Below, piece after piece: positions 8,361 to 15,816 of a stretch of DNA of 20,000 nucleotides. The notes beneath the pieces are model-generated. The model worked only from the letters and a program-made list of their open reading frames with translations. It had not been told where the DNA came from and searched no databases. Source of the DNA: an uncultured virus (IMG/VR IMGVR_UViG_3300002175_000051) (taxonomy: Duplodnaviria > Heunggongvirae > Uroviricota > Caudoviricetes); the IMG/VR virus record IMGVR_UViG_3300002175_000051; one strand, given 5' to 3'. The position numbers and the translations under genes are program-made. Every line of letters starts with the position of its first letter. Positions within the stretch are counted from its first letter, which is position 1.

Positions 8361-8563
8361 TTCGTGAATTAACCGAGGAAGATTTTGCCCGCGGGGTTAA
8401 AAACCCATATTTTGATAAGCTTATGACAAAAATAGAAATAGCCTTAAGAAATGAAGACTACGCTACATTTTGCGAAACAGCGGAAATTAACGGCGTCCCG
8501 GTAGATATCGTTATACGCAACTGTTTGGCTGATTTGGCAAAAAAGTTTCGGGAAAATGAGTAA
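8354..8563 (+). CDS. brnA: BrnA-like (RHH) antitoxin
   Basis: DFARGVKNPYFDKL..KIEIAL.......F...A...GVP....I...L.D pattern. Confidence 0.7.
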   Translation: MLIRELTEEDFARGVKNPYFDKLMTKIEIALRNEDYATFCETAEINGVPVDIVIRNCLADLAKKFRENE

Positions 8564-8578
8564 AATTATAAAAAGATG

Positions 8579-8613
8579 AACCGCCCTCTTTTGTATAAAG
8601 CGGGCGGTTTTTT
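8579..8613 (+). terminator. Intrinsic terminator
   Basis: AACCGCCC/GGGCGGTT stem followed by a T-run. Confidence 0.85.
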
Positions 8614-8634
8614 ATTTAAATTTTTCCGAAAAAA

Positions 8635-8661
8635 GGCGGCAAAGCCGCCGACTTCGTGAAC
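8635..8661 (+). promoter_or_regulatory. Hairpin motif copy 2 (GGCGGCAAAGCCGCC-N7-TGAAC)
   Basis: ATG 8690 is 41 nt after the hairpin end. Confidence 0.75.
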
Positions 8662-8689
8662 CAAAAAAAAATAAAAGGGGATGTTTGAC

Positions 8690-9262
8690 ATGTTTACAGG
8701 TTACGTATTTTCAAATGGGAAGCTTATGCAAAAGAAATGCTATGACTTAAACAACCGCGAGGATCTGTTTTATTATCGCGGCAACATTTCCGTCAATGGC
8801 GCAGACCACAAGAACATGTTTGTGATAGTCAACCGCAAGAACGGCTTGCCTGTTTCCTATGGCGCCAAGTTGGAGGACGCCAGGAAGGCCCTTAAAAAGA
8901 AAGTCACATCCGACGAGTCCGTGGCCCGCTATGAGTTCTTTAAGGCCATCTACGGCGCCGCAAAAGTGTTTGTCAACGTCGGTGTCTCCACGCCCAAGGG
9001 CAACAGCGTTGCTTTGGTGGAAATCAACGCCAAGGACATTAAATTCGACCCCCAAAAATACCTTGACGAAATGTTTAACGACCTGCTCATAGCCAACAAG
9101 AAGAATAATAAGGTTGTCGGGATATCCGGATATTCGGCCTATAAGTCCCAAACCGACGCCGCAAGTAAAGCCAACCCTCTTTACACAAAGAAATTTACAA
9201 AAGAAAACTGTTTTAAAATAGAGAACCTTTATTTTGGGTACCAGACAAAAAGGGCGGCGTAA
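8690..9262 (+). CDS. Basic hypothetical protein
   Basis: AAAAGGGG RBS spacing favours ATG 8690 over 8681; C-ending codon bias. Confidence 0.8.
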   Translation: MFTGYVFSNGKLMQKKCYDLNNREDLFYYRGNISVNGADHKNMFVIVNRKNGLPVSYGAKLEDARKALKKKVTSDESVARYEFFKAIYGAAKVFVNVGVSTPKGNSVALVEINAKDIKFDPQKYLDEMFNDLLIANKKNNKVVGISGYSAYKSQTDAASKANPLYTKKFTKENCFKIENLYFGYQTKRAA

Positions 9263-9307
9263 TGCCGCCCGCCTGTACATATTTTAATTTATTGGACAAC
9301 GTTTATA

Positions 9308-9316
9308 TGTTATACT
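9308..9316 (+). promoter_or_regulatory. Extended -10 promoter (TGTTATACT)
   Basis: About 24 nt upstream of ATG 9340; weak -35. Confidence 0.5.
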
Positions 9317-9339
9317 CAATAATAAAACGAGGGGTTTAA

Positions 9340-9735
9340 ATGAATGAGCAATTATACAATGACTTACATAACGCAGCTTACGAAACAGAAGAAATTATAG
9401 AAGGTACGCCTATGACATTTAAGGTCGTGGATTTGCCCGTTATAGATTCGTTGCTTAGTAAACATAATTTTTTAAAGTTGGGCGATTTATTAAATATCAT
9501 ATCGTCGTCACAGATGGTAGCGTTAAAATCAGGGACTACGCTGTTTAGATACGATTTTATAGGTACGGCCGGGGATGCATTAAATTGGGGCATACAGGAC
9601 TCGTTCAAAAATATCAGCGACAAGCCGTTTGATATGAGTGTCGCAAGGATTGATGTACAGAAGGGGTTACACGTATTTACGGACATGAACGGAAAAGAAA
9701 TCGATGTACCTACAATTGCTATACTATTGCACTAA
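9340..9735 (+). CDS. Hypothetical protein, paralog A
   Basis: Aligns end to end with the next ORF (KH.+LKLGD, YDF+GTA, F.M.VAR). Confidence 0.85.
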   Translation: MNEQLYNDLHNAAYETEEIIEGTPMTFKVVDLPVIDSLLSKHNFLKLGDLLNIISSSQMVALKSGTTLFRYDFIGTAGDALNWGIQDSFKNISDKPFDMSVARIDVQKGLHVFTDMNGKEIDVPTIAILLH

Positions 9736-9828
9736 GCGGGGAGGGGCGGGATGTCTACGCCGCAAAAAATACCCAAATGCGGGGTAAATTACGGATATTG
9801 ATTGACAAATGAATATGGAGGGATTTTT

Positions 9829-10209
9829 TTGAGTGATAGATTATGGCTTGATTTGGATAATGAATCTTACGAGGTTGAACATCCTGTAGACGGGAAACCT
9901 ACCATGGTGGTTGATTTGGACGATATCAAAGCAATCGTGAAGAAACATGATTATTTAAAACTAGGCGACGCGCTTAAATCTGTCGCGCCGTACCAGCCTG
10001 TTGTTATAAAAGCGGCTACCACAATCAACGAATATGATTTTTTGGGGACGGCGCAATATGCGATAGATGGAGCCCTTTATGAATCGTTAAAAAATGTGAC
10101 TGATGATCCTTTTGAAATGAATGTCGCCAGGATGGAAGCGCGGACGGGATATTTTCTATTTGAGGAAAAAGAATTAGACAAGCCGGTTATTTATATCATT
10201 GTAAATTAA
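9829..10209 (+). CDS. Hypothetical protein, paralog B
   Basis: TTG 9829 after GGAGGG; N-terminus MSDRLWLDL aligns with MNEQLYNDL. Confidence 0.85.
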   Translation: MSDRLWLDLDNESYEVEHPVDGKPTMVVDLDDIKAIVKKHDYLKLGDALKSVAPYQPVVIKAATTINEYDFLGTAQYAIDGALYESLKNVTDDPFEMNVARMEARTGYFLFEEKELDKPVIYIIVN

Positions 10210-10221
10210 GGAGGGAGTTAT

Positions 10222-11097
10222 TTGAAAAAAGTTAGCAGAATAAAAGACCTACTGTTTAAAAAGGCTTTCTGTACTGACGGGGTTACAGATCCTTTAATCG
10301 GCCTTGCAAAGGATATGCTGGATATTAATATAGCCGAACTTAATTTCAAACAGCCGTATTCTATAAGCAATTACACGAAAATGATAAAAGAGAACGGGCT
10401 CCAGACGCTCCAGCAGACCATTAAGGACGTATCCGCCAATATTACGGTTTCTGATGAGGAAGCCAACCTGGTAAGCGAATTGCAAGTCCGCGGGACGAAT
10501 TTTTTTGCAGAAAGGTCTTTATATTACCCAGCTATTACCTTTACTGAGAATTATCATCGGGAATATAAAAAGTATGGCGACCTTAAGCCGATTTATGGTA
10601 TAAATATATTAGGGTTTTACATGTTTGCTGATGACGACGATGGTCTGCGGCAATTTGAATTTTGGGACCGCAGGCACAATAAGCCATTTCCTGTTGATTT
10701 TATTATCGCGTATTTTGAGTACACGAAACCTAATTTCTTTACAGAAAATCAAAGATATTGGCGGGATTATTTCCTGGACAGGGATCTACCTCCGGAGGCC
10801 CCCGACTATATCCAGAAAGCCGCTGAAATTGCTGATTATGCCAATATGAACGAGGAGGAGAGAACCGTGCTGGATTTATTAGAGAAAGCGGAAGCTGATA
10901 GATTGGCAGAACTTGAGTATGCGGAAGATAAGGGTGTAGAAAAGGGCTTGGAAATGGGCTTGGAAAAAGGTATACGCGTAATGGTCCGTTTAGGCATGTC
11001 GGATATTGAAATTGCAAATCAAATGGAGATTCCGGAAGAAAAAGTTAAAGAAATTAAAAATAAGTTTATTATACTTGAAAGAACGGCTGGCGTGTGA
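10222..11097 (+). CDS. Rpn/YhgA-like PD-(D/E)XK nuclease (recombination-promoting nuclease family)
   Basis: D.LFKK.F, KDV...SELQ, ER.LYY, YGINIL.F, C-terminal KG.EKG repeats and HTH. Confidence 0.9.
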   Translation: MKKVSRIKDLLFKKAFCTDGVTDPLIGLAKDMLDINIAELNFKQPYSISNYTKMIKENGLQTLQQTIKDVSANITVSDEEANLVSELQVRGTNFFAERSLYYPAITFTENYHREYKKYGDLKPIYGINILGFYMFADDDDGLRQFEFWDRRHNKPFPVDFIIAYFEYTKPNFFTENQRYWRDYFLDRDLPPEAPDYIQKAAEIADYANMNEEERTVLDLLEKAEADRLAELEYAEDKGVEKGLEMGLEKGIRVMVRLGMSDIEIANQMEIPEEKVKEIKNKFIILERTAGV

Positions 11098-11113
11098 AGC
11101 ATATGTAATATAT

Positions 11114-11143
11114 AGATTGAGGGTTTCGCCTCAATCTTTTTTT
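11114..11143 (+). terminator. Intrinsic terminator
   Basis: AGATTGAGG/CCTCAATCT stem followed by a T-run. Confidence 0.85.
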
Positions 11144-11153
11144 ATTTGGCAGA

Positions 11154-11180
11154 CGCGGTAAAACCGCGTAGTTTTCGCAT
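11154..11180 (+). promoter_or_regulatory. Hairpin motif copy 3, variant (CGCGGTAAAACCGCG-N7-CGCAT)
   Basis: Two compensatory pair changes; ATG 11205 is 37 nt after the hairpin end. Confidence 0.65.
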
Positions 11181-11204
11181 CTATTTTAGAGGGGGGTGTT
11201 TCAT

Positions 11205-11510
11205 ATGTATGGCGGTTACAACAGAGGTATTACGGGCTGTGATGGTGAATGCGGCTTGTGCAATAACAACGGTTGCCCGCAGCATCGGGACTATATTGAC
11301 GATGTTAATGATATGACCGATATGTGCGGTTATATAGATAGCGGTACAGATGATATTGCTACGGGGATGTGCAACAACCCGCAGTGCAGCGACCGCGGGT
11401 TCTGTATCCTGTCCATATACTCAGAAGGCGGGCTTATTCCGGAAGATCCCGCCCCGTCATTTATAATGCATTTTATCGACGGTACAAGGCCAAACCAGGA
11501 TGCCGTGTAA
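11205..11510 (+). CDS. Small acidic Cys-rich protein (CDGECGLC...)
   Basis: RBS GAGGGGGG favours ATG 11205. Confidence 0.75.
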   Translation: MYGGYNRGITGCDGECGLCNNNGCPQHRDYIDDVNDMTDMCGYIDSGTDDIATGMCNNPQCSDRGFCILSIYSEGGLIPEDPAPSFIMHFIDGTRPNQDAV

Positions 11511-11563
11511 TGTTTGCTGCCAACAAATAATATCAGCCAAATGGCTTAGAAAGGGGAAGCATA

Positions 11564-11737
11564 GTGAAAGTTGAATATGTTGAGGATCTACAGGAAGACA
11601 TTTTTAACGAAAAAATAATAATTAATTATCTTCCAAAATGCCCATCATGCAAAAACTACCCCACATATAACGAACCGAGATGCCCGTTCTGCGGCATCCG
11701 TTTGGAATATGATTTTGACGAAGTGAAAACGGTATGA
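11564..11737 (+). CDS. 57-aa zinc-ribbon protein (CPSC...CPFC), not in ORF track
   Basis: AAGGGG then GTG 11564; ATGA overlap with the next gene. Confidence 0.8.
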   Translation: MKVEYVEDLQEDIFNEKIIINYLPKCPSCKNYPTYNEPRCPFCGIRLEYDFDEVKTV

Positions 11738-11964
11738 GATTTACCGTATATAATGTTGACAAGGACGAGAAATACCTTTTTATTGCCGACGGCCCAAAAA
11801 ATGCGTTGGAAAAGATGGCATATATGCTTAACGTGCTAAATCAGGACTTGGAATTTACCCTGAAAGAGACCGGCAAAGGCTTCCTCCTCCAACATAGGTT
11901 GGGGGAGTTCTGGGTCAGGAAGGTTGAACTTAATGGCAAAAAAGAAACCAAACCCGTTAGCTGA
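11734..11964 (+). CDS. Hypothetical protein
   Basis: Translationally coupled ORF. Confidence 0.7.
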   Translation: MRFTVYNVDKDEKYLFIADGPKNALEKMAYMLNVLNQDLEFTLKETGKGFLLQHRLGEFWVRKVELNGKKETKPVS

Positions 11965-12847
11965 ATTTGACAATCTATGCGTTAATCTACAGCGCGAATG
12001 GGATCATTGGTACGATATTTATAACAATGGCTGCTCTGACCCTTCTTGGGAAGACGGCTGCAATTTGAACTTGGTCAATAACCATATTATTTATGACCGA
12101 AGAGAAATAACCAGGCTTAGCAATGAACACGGTTTTGACCTCACAGATATTTTTTACCTTTCCCCTCCGGGGGCAGTGGATAATAAATACATGGCCAAGC
12201 CCGACGAGATAAGGGAACAGGCGCGCAAATCATACGAGATATATTTGGCCGACGAAAACTATCAGTACATGCTTAAAAATATATCTAAAGTAGATAAAAA
12301 ATCTGCCGAAAAACTATGCCTGAGTAATATTTTAGGCTATGTTAACGGCATAAAATTAGCCATTGAAAAAGACGCCCTTGTGGAAATGCGGAGGCACCGG
12401 GACCCGGGCGGCTATTTGCGCTCATTCAAATCCGGCGCCGAGTCAATAAAAGAATATTTTGAGGGCATAGGCAAAGGATTGGCCGGGCCGGAAATCAAAA
12501 AAGAAACTGAAATCAGTTTTAACGATAAATTCTACAAACTCATTATGAATGTAGAGACTAAAAAACCAGAGTTCGTAGAAGCGCTAGGCTTCTTGTGGGA
12601 ATACAACGGGTTTGCTTTTTATATTACGCATGAGGCTGATCAGTATGTTGTCACGGAAGGCAGGACGGGCCTTAAGGTCACTGAGCGCAGGACTCTTAAG
12701 AGCGCCCAGTCCGCCGCAAAAAACTTAACTAATAATAAATGCCGAGGGAAAGCTTTATACCCGCCTTTTGCCGAAAGGCTGGAGGACTGCGTTAAACAAT
12801 ACGGGGAAAGCCCAACCGCAAGAAAAAAAGATAAGGAGGCGGTTTAG
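11933..12847 (+). CDS. Two-domain hypothetical protein (NGCSDPSWEDG.NLNL..NHI motif)
   Basis: Long ORF; ATG 11933 after AGGAAGG. Confidence 0.85.
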   Translation: MAKKKPNPLAEFDNLCVNLQREWDHWYDIYNNGCSDPSWEDGCNLNLVNNHIIYDRREITRLSNEHGFDLTDIFYLSPPGAVDNKYMAKPDEIREQARKSYEIYLADENYQYMLKNISKVDKKSAEKLCLSNILGYVNGIKLAIEKDALVEMRRHRDPGGYLRSFKSGAESIKEYFEGIGKGLAGPEIKKETEISFNDKFYKLIMNVETKKPEFVEALGFLWEYNGFAFYITHEADQYVVTEGRTGLKVTERRTLKSAQSAAKNLTNNKCRGKALYPPFAERLEDCVKQYGESPTARKKDKEAV

Positions 12848-12865
12848 CGGTCGCCTTTCCACCGA

Positions 12866-12894
12866 TTGCATAGAAACCCGTATTTTGCTATAAT
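12866..12894 (+). promoter_or_regulatory. Sigma-A type promoter
   Basis: TTGCAT-17-TATAAT with extended TG. Confidence 0.85.
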
Positions 12895-12942
12895 ATAGCC
12901 GAGAGTCAGTTTTAAAACATAATCAGAAAGTAGTGCTGCTTA

Positions 12943-13227
12943 ATGGCAATGTATCCGTTTTCATTACTTGAAGATGGCACACAGGTTACACATTCACATT
13001 TAATAGAAAAAGAAGGGCAAAAGATAGTAGAAGTTCACTTTGAACGACCGACAGAGGATGGTTTTGACTCAATAAGGTGCAGTTTGCCATCGTATGAGTG
13101 GACAGTATGGGAAGGCGGCTTTACTGACGAAGAATTAGAGATATTTGATCATATGGTAAGGGACGGCGCCCATATATTTTATGAGCTTGCAGAATCAGGG
13201 GGGGCCAGTTTTGCCGACGCTGTTTAA
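12943..13227 (+). CDS. Acidic partner of the DUF4160 protein (putative antitoxin)
   Basis: MYPF..L.D.T...HS...C.LP.Y.W...GF pattern; overlaps the DUF4160 gene. Confidence 0.7.
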   Translation: MAMYPFSLLEDGTQVTHSHLIEKEGQKIVEVHFERPTEDGFDSIRCSLPSYEWTVWEGGFTDEELEIFDHMVRDGAHIFYELAESGGASFADAV

Positions 13228-13489
13228 ATTTGGAAAATATCGGATATTTTTCTGGTCAAACGAGGACGGCGAGCCAATTCATGTCCATATATGCGAAGGC
13301 ATACCAACCGAAAATACTGCGAAAATATGGCTCACCAGCAAGGGCGGTTTTATATTAGCGCATAATAACGGCAAGATACCTAAGAGCGATCTAAACGCTA
13401 TGATTAAAATGTTGCCGGTTTTCTATTTTTTAATAGTCAGCAAATGGAAGGCATTTTACAAGACTGATCAAATAAAATTTTATTGTTAA
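13211..13489 (+). CDS. DUF4160 family protein (putative toxin)
   Basis: MP.LF....Y.IFFWSNE..EPIHVH......AKIW; TTG 13211 after a G-run. Confidence 0.85.
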   Translation: MPTLFKFGKYRIFFWSNEDGEPIHVHICEGIPTENTAKIWLTSKGGFILAHNNGKIPKSDLNAMIKMLPVFYFLIVSKWKAFYKTDQIKFYC

Positions 13490-13498
13490 TAAGGAACG

Positions 13499-13530
13499 AT
13501 GCCCCGTGATATCTATCGGGGCATTTTTAT
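13499..13530 (+). terminator. Intrinsic terminator
   Basis: ATGCCCCG/CGGGGCAT stem followed by TTTTAT. Confidence 0.8.
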
Positions 13531-13549
13531 TCGGACAATCGTTCAGAAA

Positions 13550-13576
13550 GGCGGCAAAGCCGCTTGGTCTATGAAA
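13550..13576 (+). promoter_or_regulatory. Hairpin motif copy 4 (GGCGGCAAAGCCGCT-N7-TGAAA)
   Basis: ATG 13604 is 40 nt after the hairpin end. Confidence 0.75.
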
Positions 13577-13603
13577 ACTAAATTTGACAAAGGGGTTGTT
13601 CAA

Positions 13604-14230
13604 ATGTCTAACCAGAAATTTAATACCGTTTGTGTCACAGGCCATCGGCCGAAAGATCTGTTCGGCTATGACTGGGACAAATATTCCGCGGTAATCGAGA
13701 AAGTCACAGCCACCGTTACCCGCCTGCATAAGAAGTACGGCGTAACCAAATATATCTCCGGTGGCGCGCAGGGGGTAGACCAGTTGTTTTTCTGGGTGGT
13801 CGAGAAGTACCGCGAAGCCAATCGGCCTAACGGAAATCACGGCGAAATAGAAAACTGGCTGTATACGCCGTGCCAGAACCAGGCCAAGTATTGGAAAGAC
13901 GAAGGCCCGTTTTCCAAGAAAGAGTTCGGCAGGATCGTTAAGCGGGCGAAGAAGAACAAGACGTACAAGCTATGCGCGGACAAGCCGTATAACGCGCAGC
14001 TTATGTATGACCGGAACACCGCCATGGTTAAAGACTCCGATATCGTCCTTGGGATATATAAAGGCGACATAGCGGATATCAAGGGCAGCGAGAAGAAGAA
14101 CGGCGGCACGCTTCATTGCCTGCGGCACGCATATTCCAAAGGCAAGCCGATCATTATTATCAATCCGGTTACGCTGAAGCTTTCTACGCTTAATTTCAAG
14201 AAGGAAGCCGTTAAGTCCCCCGCTGCGTAA
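13604..14230 (+). CDS. SLOG superfamily protein, YspA/DUF1273-like
   Basis: VTGHRP, ISGGAQGVD, RN..MV, GGT..C motifs; AAAGGGG then ATG 13604. Confidence 0.9.
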   Translation: MSNQKFNTVCVTGHRPKDLFGYDWDKYSAVIEKVTATVTRLHKKYGVTKYISGGAQGVDQLFFWVVEKYREANRPNGNHGEIENWLYTPCQNQAKYWKDEGPFSKKEFGRIVKRAKKNKTYKLCADKPYNAQLMYDRNTAMVKDSDIVLGIYKGDIADIKGSEKKNGGTLHCLRHAYSKGKPIIIINPVTLKLSTLNFKKEAVKSPAA

Positions 14231-14309
14231 GCGGGGGCTAATGTTAGTGGCATGGCAACGATTCGTGTAAAAAACAGCCATAAGCGATCCGGCAGCAAAT
14301 AGCAGAAAC

Positions 14310-14360
14310 TATACGCTAAGGGAATAAAAGACGTTAAGGCCGAATTTTTTATACGCTAAG
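14310..14360 (+). repeat. TATACGCTAAG at 14310 and 14350, with degenerate AGACGTTAAG at 14329
   Basis: Read directly; roughly 20-bp phasing. Confidence 0.65.
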
Positions 14361-14387
14361 ACCGTTTTTTTAAGGGATGGGATTTAT

Positions 14388-14648
14388 ATGAATCATTACG
14401 ATAAGATCCAGTATGATATCAGTTTAGGCAGGGCCTATGATTTGTACCGGTTAGACTGGTGTAAAGAAAGAGGCTATGACATTAAGGATTACGACGATGA
14501 ACACGGTTTTAACGGCGAGTCTTTTGTATGTAAAGCTGAATTTGAAACAAACGAGTTCTTTGATAAAGAATATATAAAGTATCTTTTTGACAAAGAAAAT
14601 TTTAAGATCTATTTAATGTTATTAGATAAAATTGGCATTAAGGGATAA
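14388..14648 (+). CDS. Hypothetical acidic protein
   Basis: 86-aa ORF with RBS. Confidence 0.75.
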   Translation: MNHYDKIQYDISLGRAYDLYRLDWCKERGYDIKDYDDEHGFNGESFVCKAEFETNEFFDKEYIKYLFDKENFKIYLMLLDKIGIKG

Positions 14649-14670
14649 ATTTCAGGAGGTATTAAAGCAC

Positions 14671-15033
14671 ATGCGTAAATTCGAGGACGTGATTAAATCA
14701 CCGCGGCTATCGATCACGACTGTTCAGGACAACAGCATAAGGGGGCTTAGCGCATTCTTATCCCATCCTGCATATAAATCAAACGATATAGCTATTATAG
14801 CTGGCTGGGACGAACAGGCCATAGACGGCAAAAAGCTTGAGCATGTTAGCGTGTCGCTTAGGCGGCGCTGCCCTACTTGGGAAGAGATGTGCATTGTCAA
14901 GGATATATTCTGGGCTGATAACGAATGCGTCATCCAGTTCCACCCGCCAAAACACAAATATACAAACATGCATCCATACTGTTTGCACATGTGGCGGAAA
15001 CCTGGCTGGGAACCGGAAATGGATTGGGATTAA
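14671..15033 (+). CDS. Conserved phage-type protein (HVSVS...PTWEEMC.VK..FW...HP.CLHMW)
   Basis: AGGAGG then ATG 14671; the motif is recalled as common in prophages. Confidence 0.8.
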   Translation: MRKFEDVIKSPRLSITTVQDNSIRGLSAFLSHPAYKSNDIAIIAGWDEQAIDGKKLEHVSVSLRRRCPTWEEMCIVKDIFWADNECVIQFHPPKHKYTNMHPYCLHMWRKPGWEPEMDWD

Positions 15034-15052
15034 ACTATAAAGGGGGAAATGT

Positions 15053-15634
15053 ATGAACGACGTTATGTCCCAGGACGGCAAGACTATCCGTAATGCAAAA
15101 ATTGGCGATATTGTTGGCGTCATGCTTGAATCCGGCAAAATGGACGCTAAAATATATGAAGTCATCGGGGAGAGCAAAGGGTATTCCGTATTGAGCCGCG
15201 TGCTTAAGCAGCCCGGCTACCCTAACGCTGGCTATAAGTCCGAGTACCGTGCCAAAGGAATTTACCTTGTCCTTTTAGACGAAGGCAAAGGTCGGGTGCG
15301 TAAAGTTTCCCAATGTATTGATCAAAACAATGCGGTAAACAAATCAGCCGAATTAGAGTCGCTAAAAATAAAATATTTCTCGAACTTTATGACGGGCGAA
15401 ATAGAGATGGATTTTAAAAAGCGTTTTGTTATTTTAGACCACTGCCTGTCGCCCGAAAACATATCCCATGATGGGGAGCTTTCCCGCGTCGAAGTCATGA
15501 AGAAGCATAGGGAGCTTCAAATGCTATGGCGTGAGACCGAGCGGGAGTTCGGCCAAAAGGTCAATGCTACCGACGTATATAAATGGGCTGAAGCTGAAAT
15601 GGAGGAAAGGCGTGAAAAGAGAAGGGAAGTATAA
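15053..15634 (+). CDS. Hypothetical protein
   Basis: AAGGGGG RBS; 193 aa. Confidence 0.8.
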   Translation: MNDVMSQDGKTIRNAKIGDIVGVMLESGKMDAKIYEVIGESKGYSVLSRVLKQPGYPNAGYKSEYRAKGIYLVLLDEGKGRVRKVSQCIDQNNAVNKSAELESLKIKYFSNFMTGEIEMDFKKRFVILDHCLSPENISHDGELSRVEVMKKHRELQMLWRETEREFGQKVNATDVYKWAEAEMEERREKRREV

Positions 15635-15782
15635 AAAATATTATTGGTACCTTTATCCCGATTTTGGTTATTATATATGTTCCGTCTGGATAGATGGGAA
15701 AGAAAATAAGATATATGGCGATACCCTCAAAGAAATGAAAAATAAAGTGGATAAATTCATTACAGATAATAATTTGTTATAA
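15612..15782 (+). CDS. 56-aa basic protein, possibly an integrase arm-binding/AP2-like fold
   Basis: GGAGG then GTG 15612; IYGDTLKEMK.K motif. Confidence 0.5.
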   Translation: MKREGKYKKYYWYLYPDFGYYICSVWIDGKENKIYGDTLKEMKNKVDKFITDNNLL

Positions 15783-15816
15783 TAAAATTTATATTATAAC
15801 AAATTGGGTGAAATAA

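Noticed and set aside
8635..8649. c-di-GMP-I riboswitch (GCAAA motifs) or REP element for the hairpin motif
   Set aside because: No P2 stem or tetraloop receptor. No GTAG/GGAG foot or paired orientation as in REPs.
8747..9280. Minus-strand 177-aa ORF and other minus-strand or nested ORFs (e.g. 7187..7621, 13430..13840, 16946..17338)
   Set aside because: They overlap better-supported + strand genes and lack RBS or motifs.
13499..13603. N-terminal extension of the SLOG ORF in the track
   Set aside because: It runs through a terminator and the hairpin motif; the RBS supports ATG 13604.
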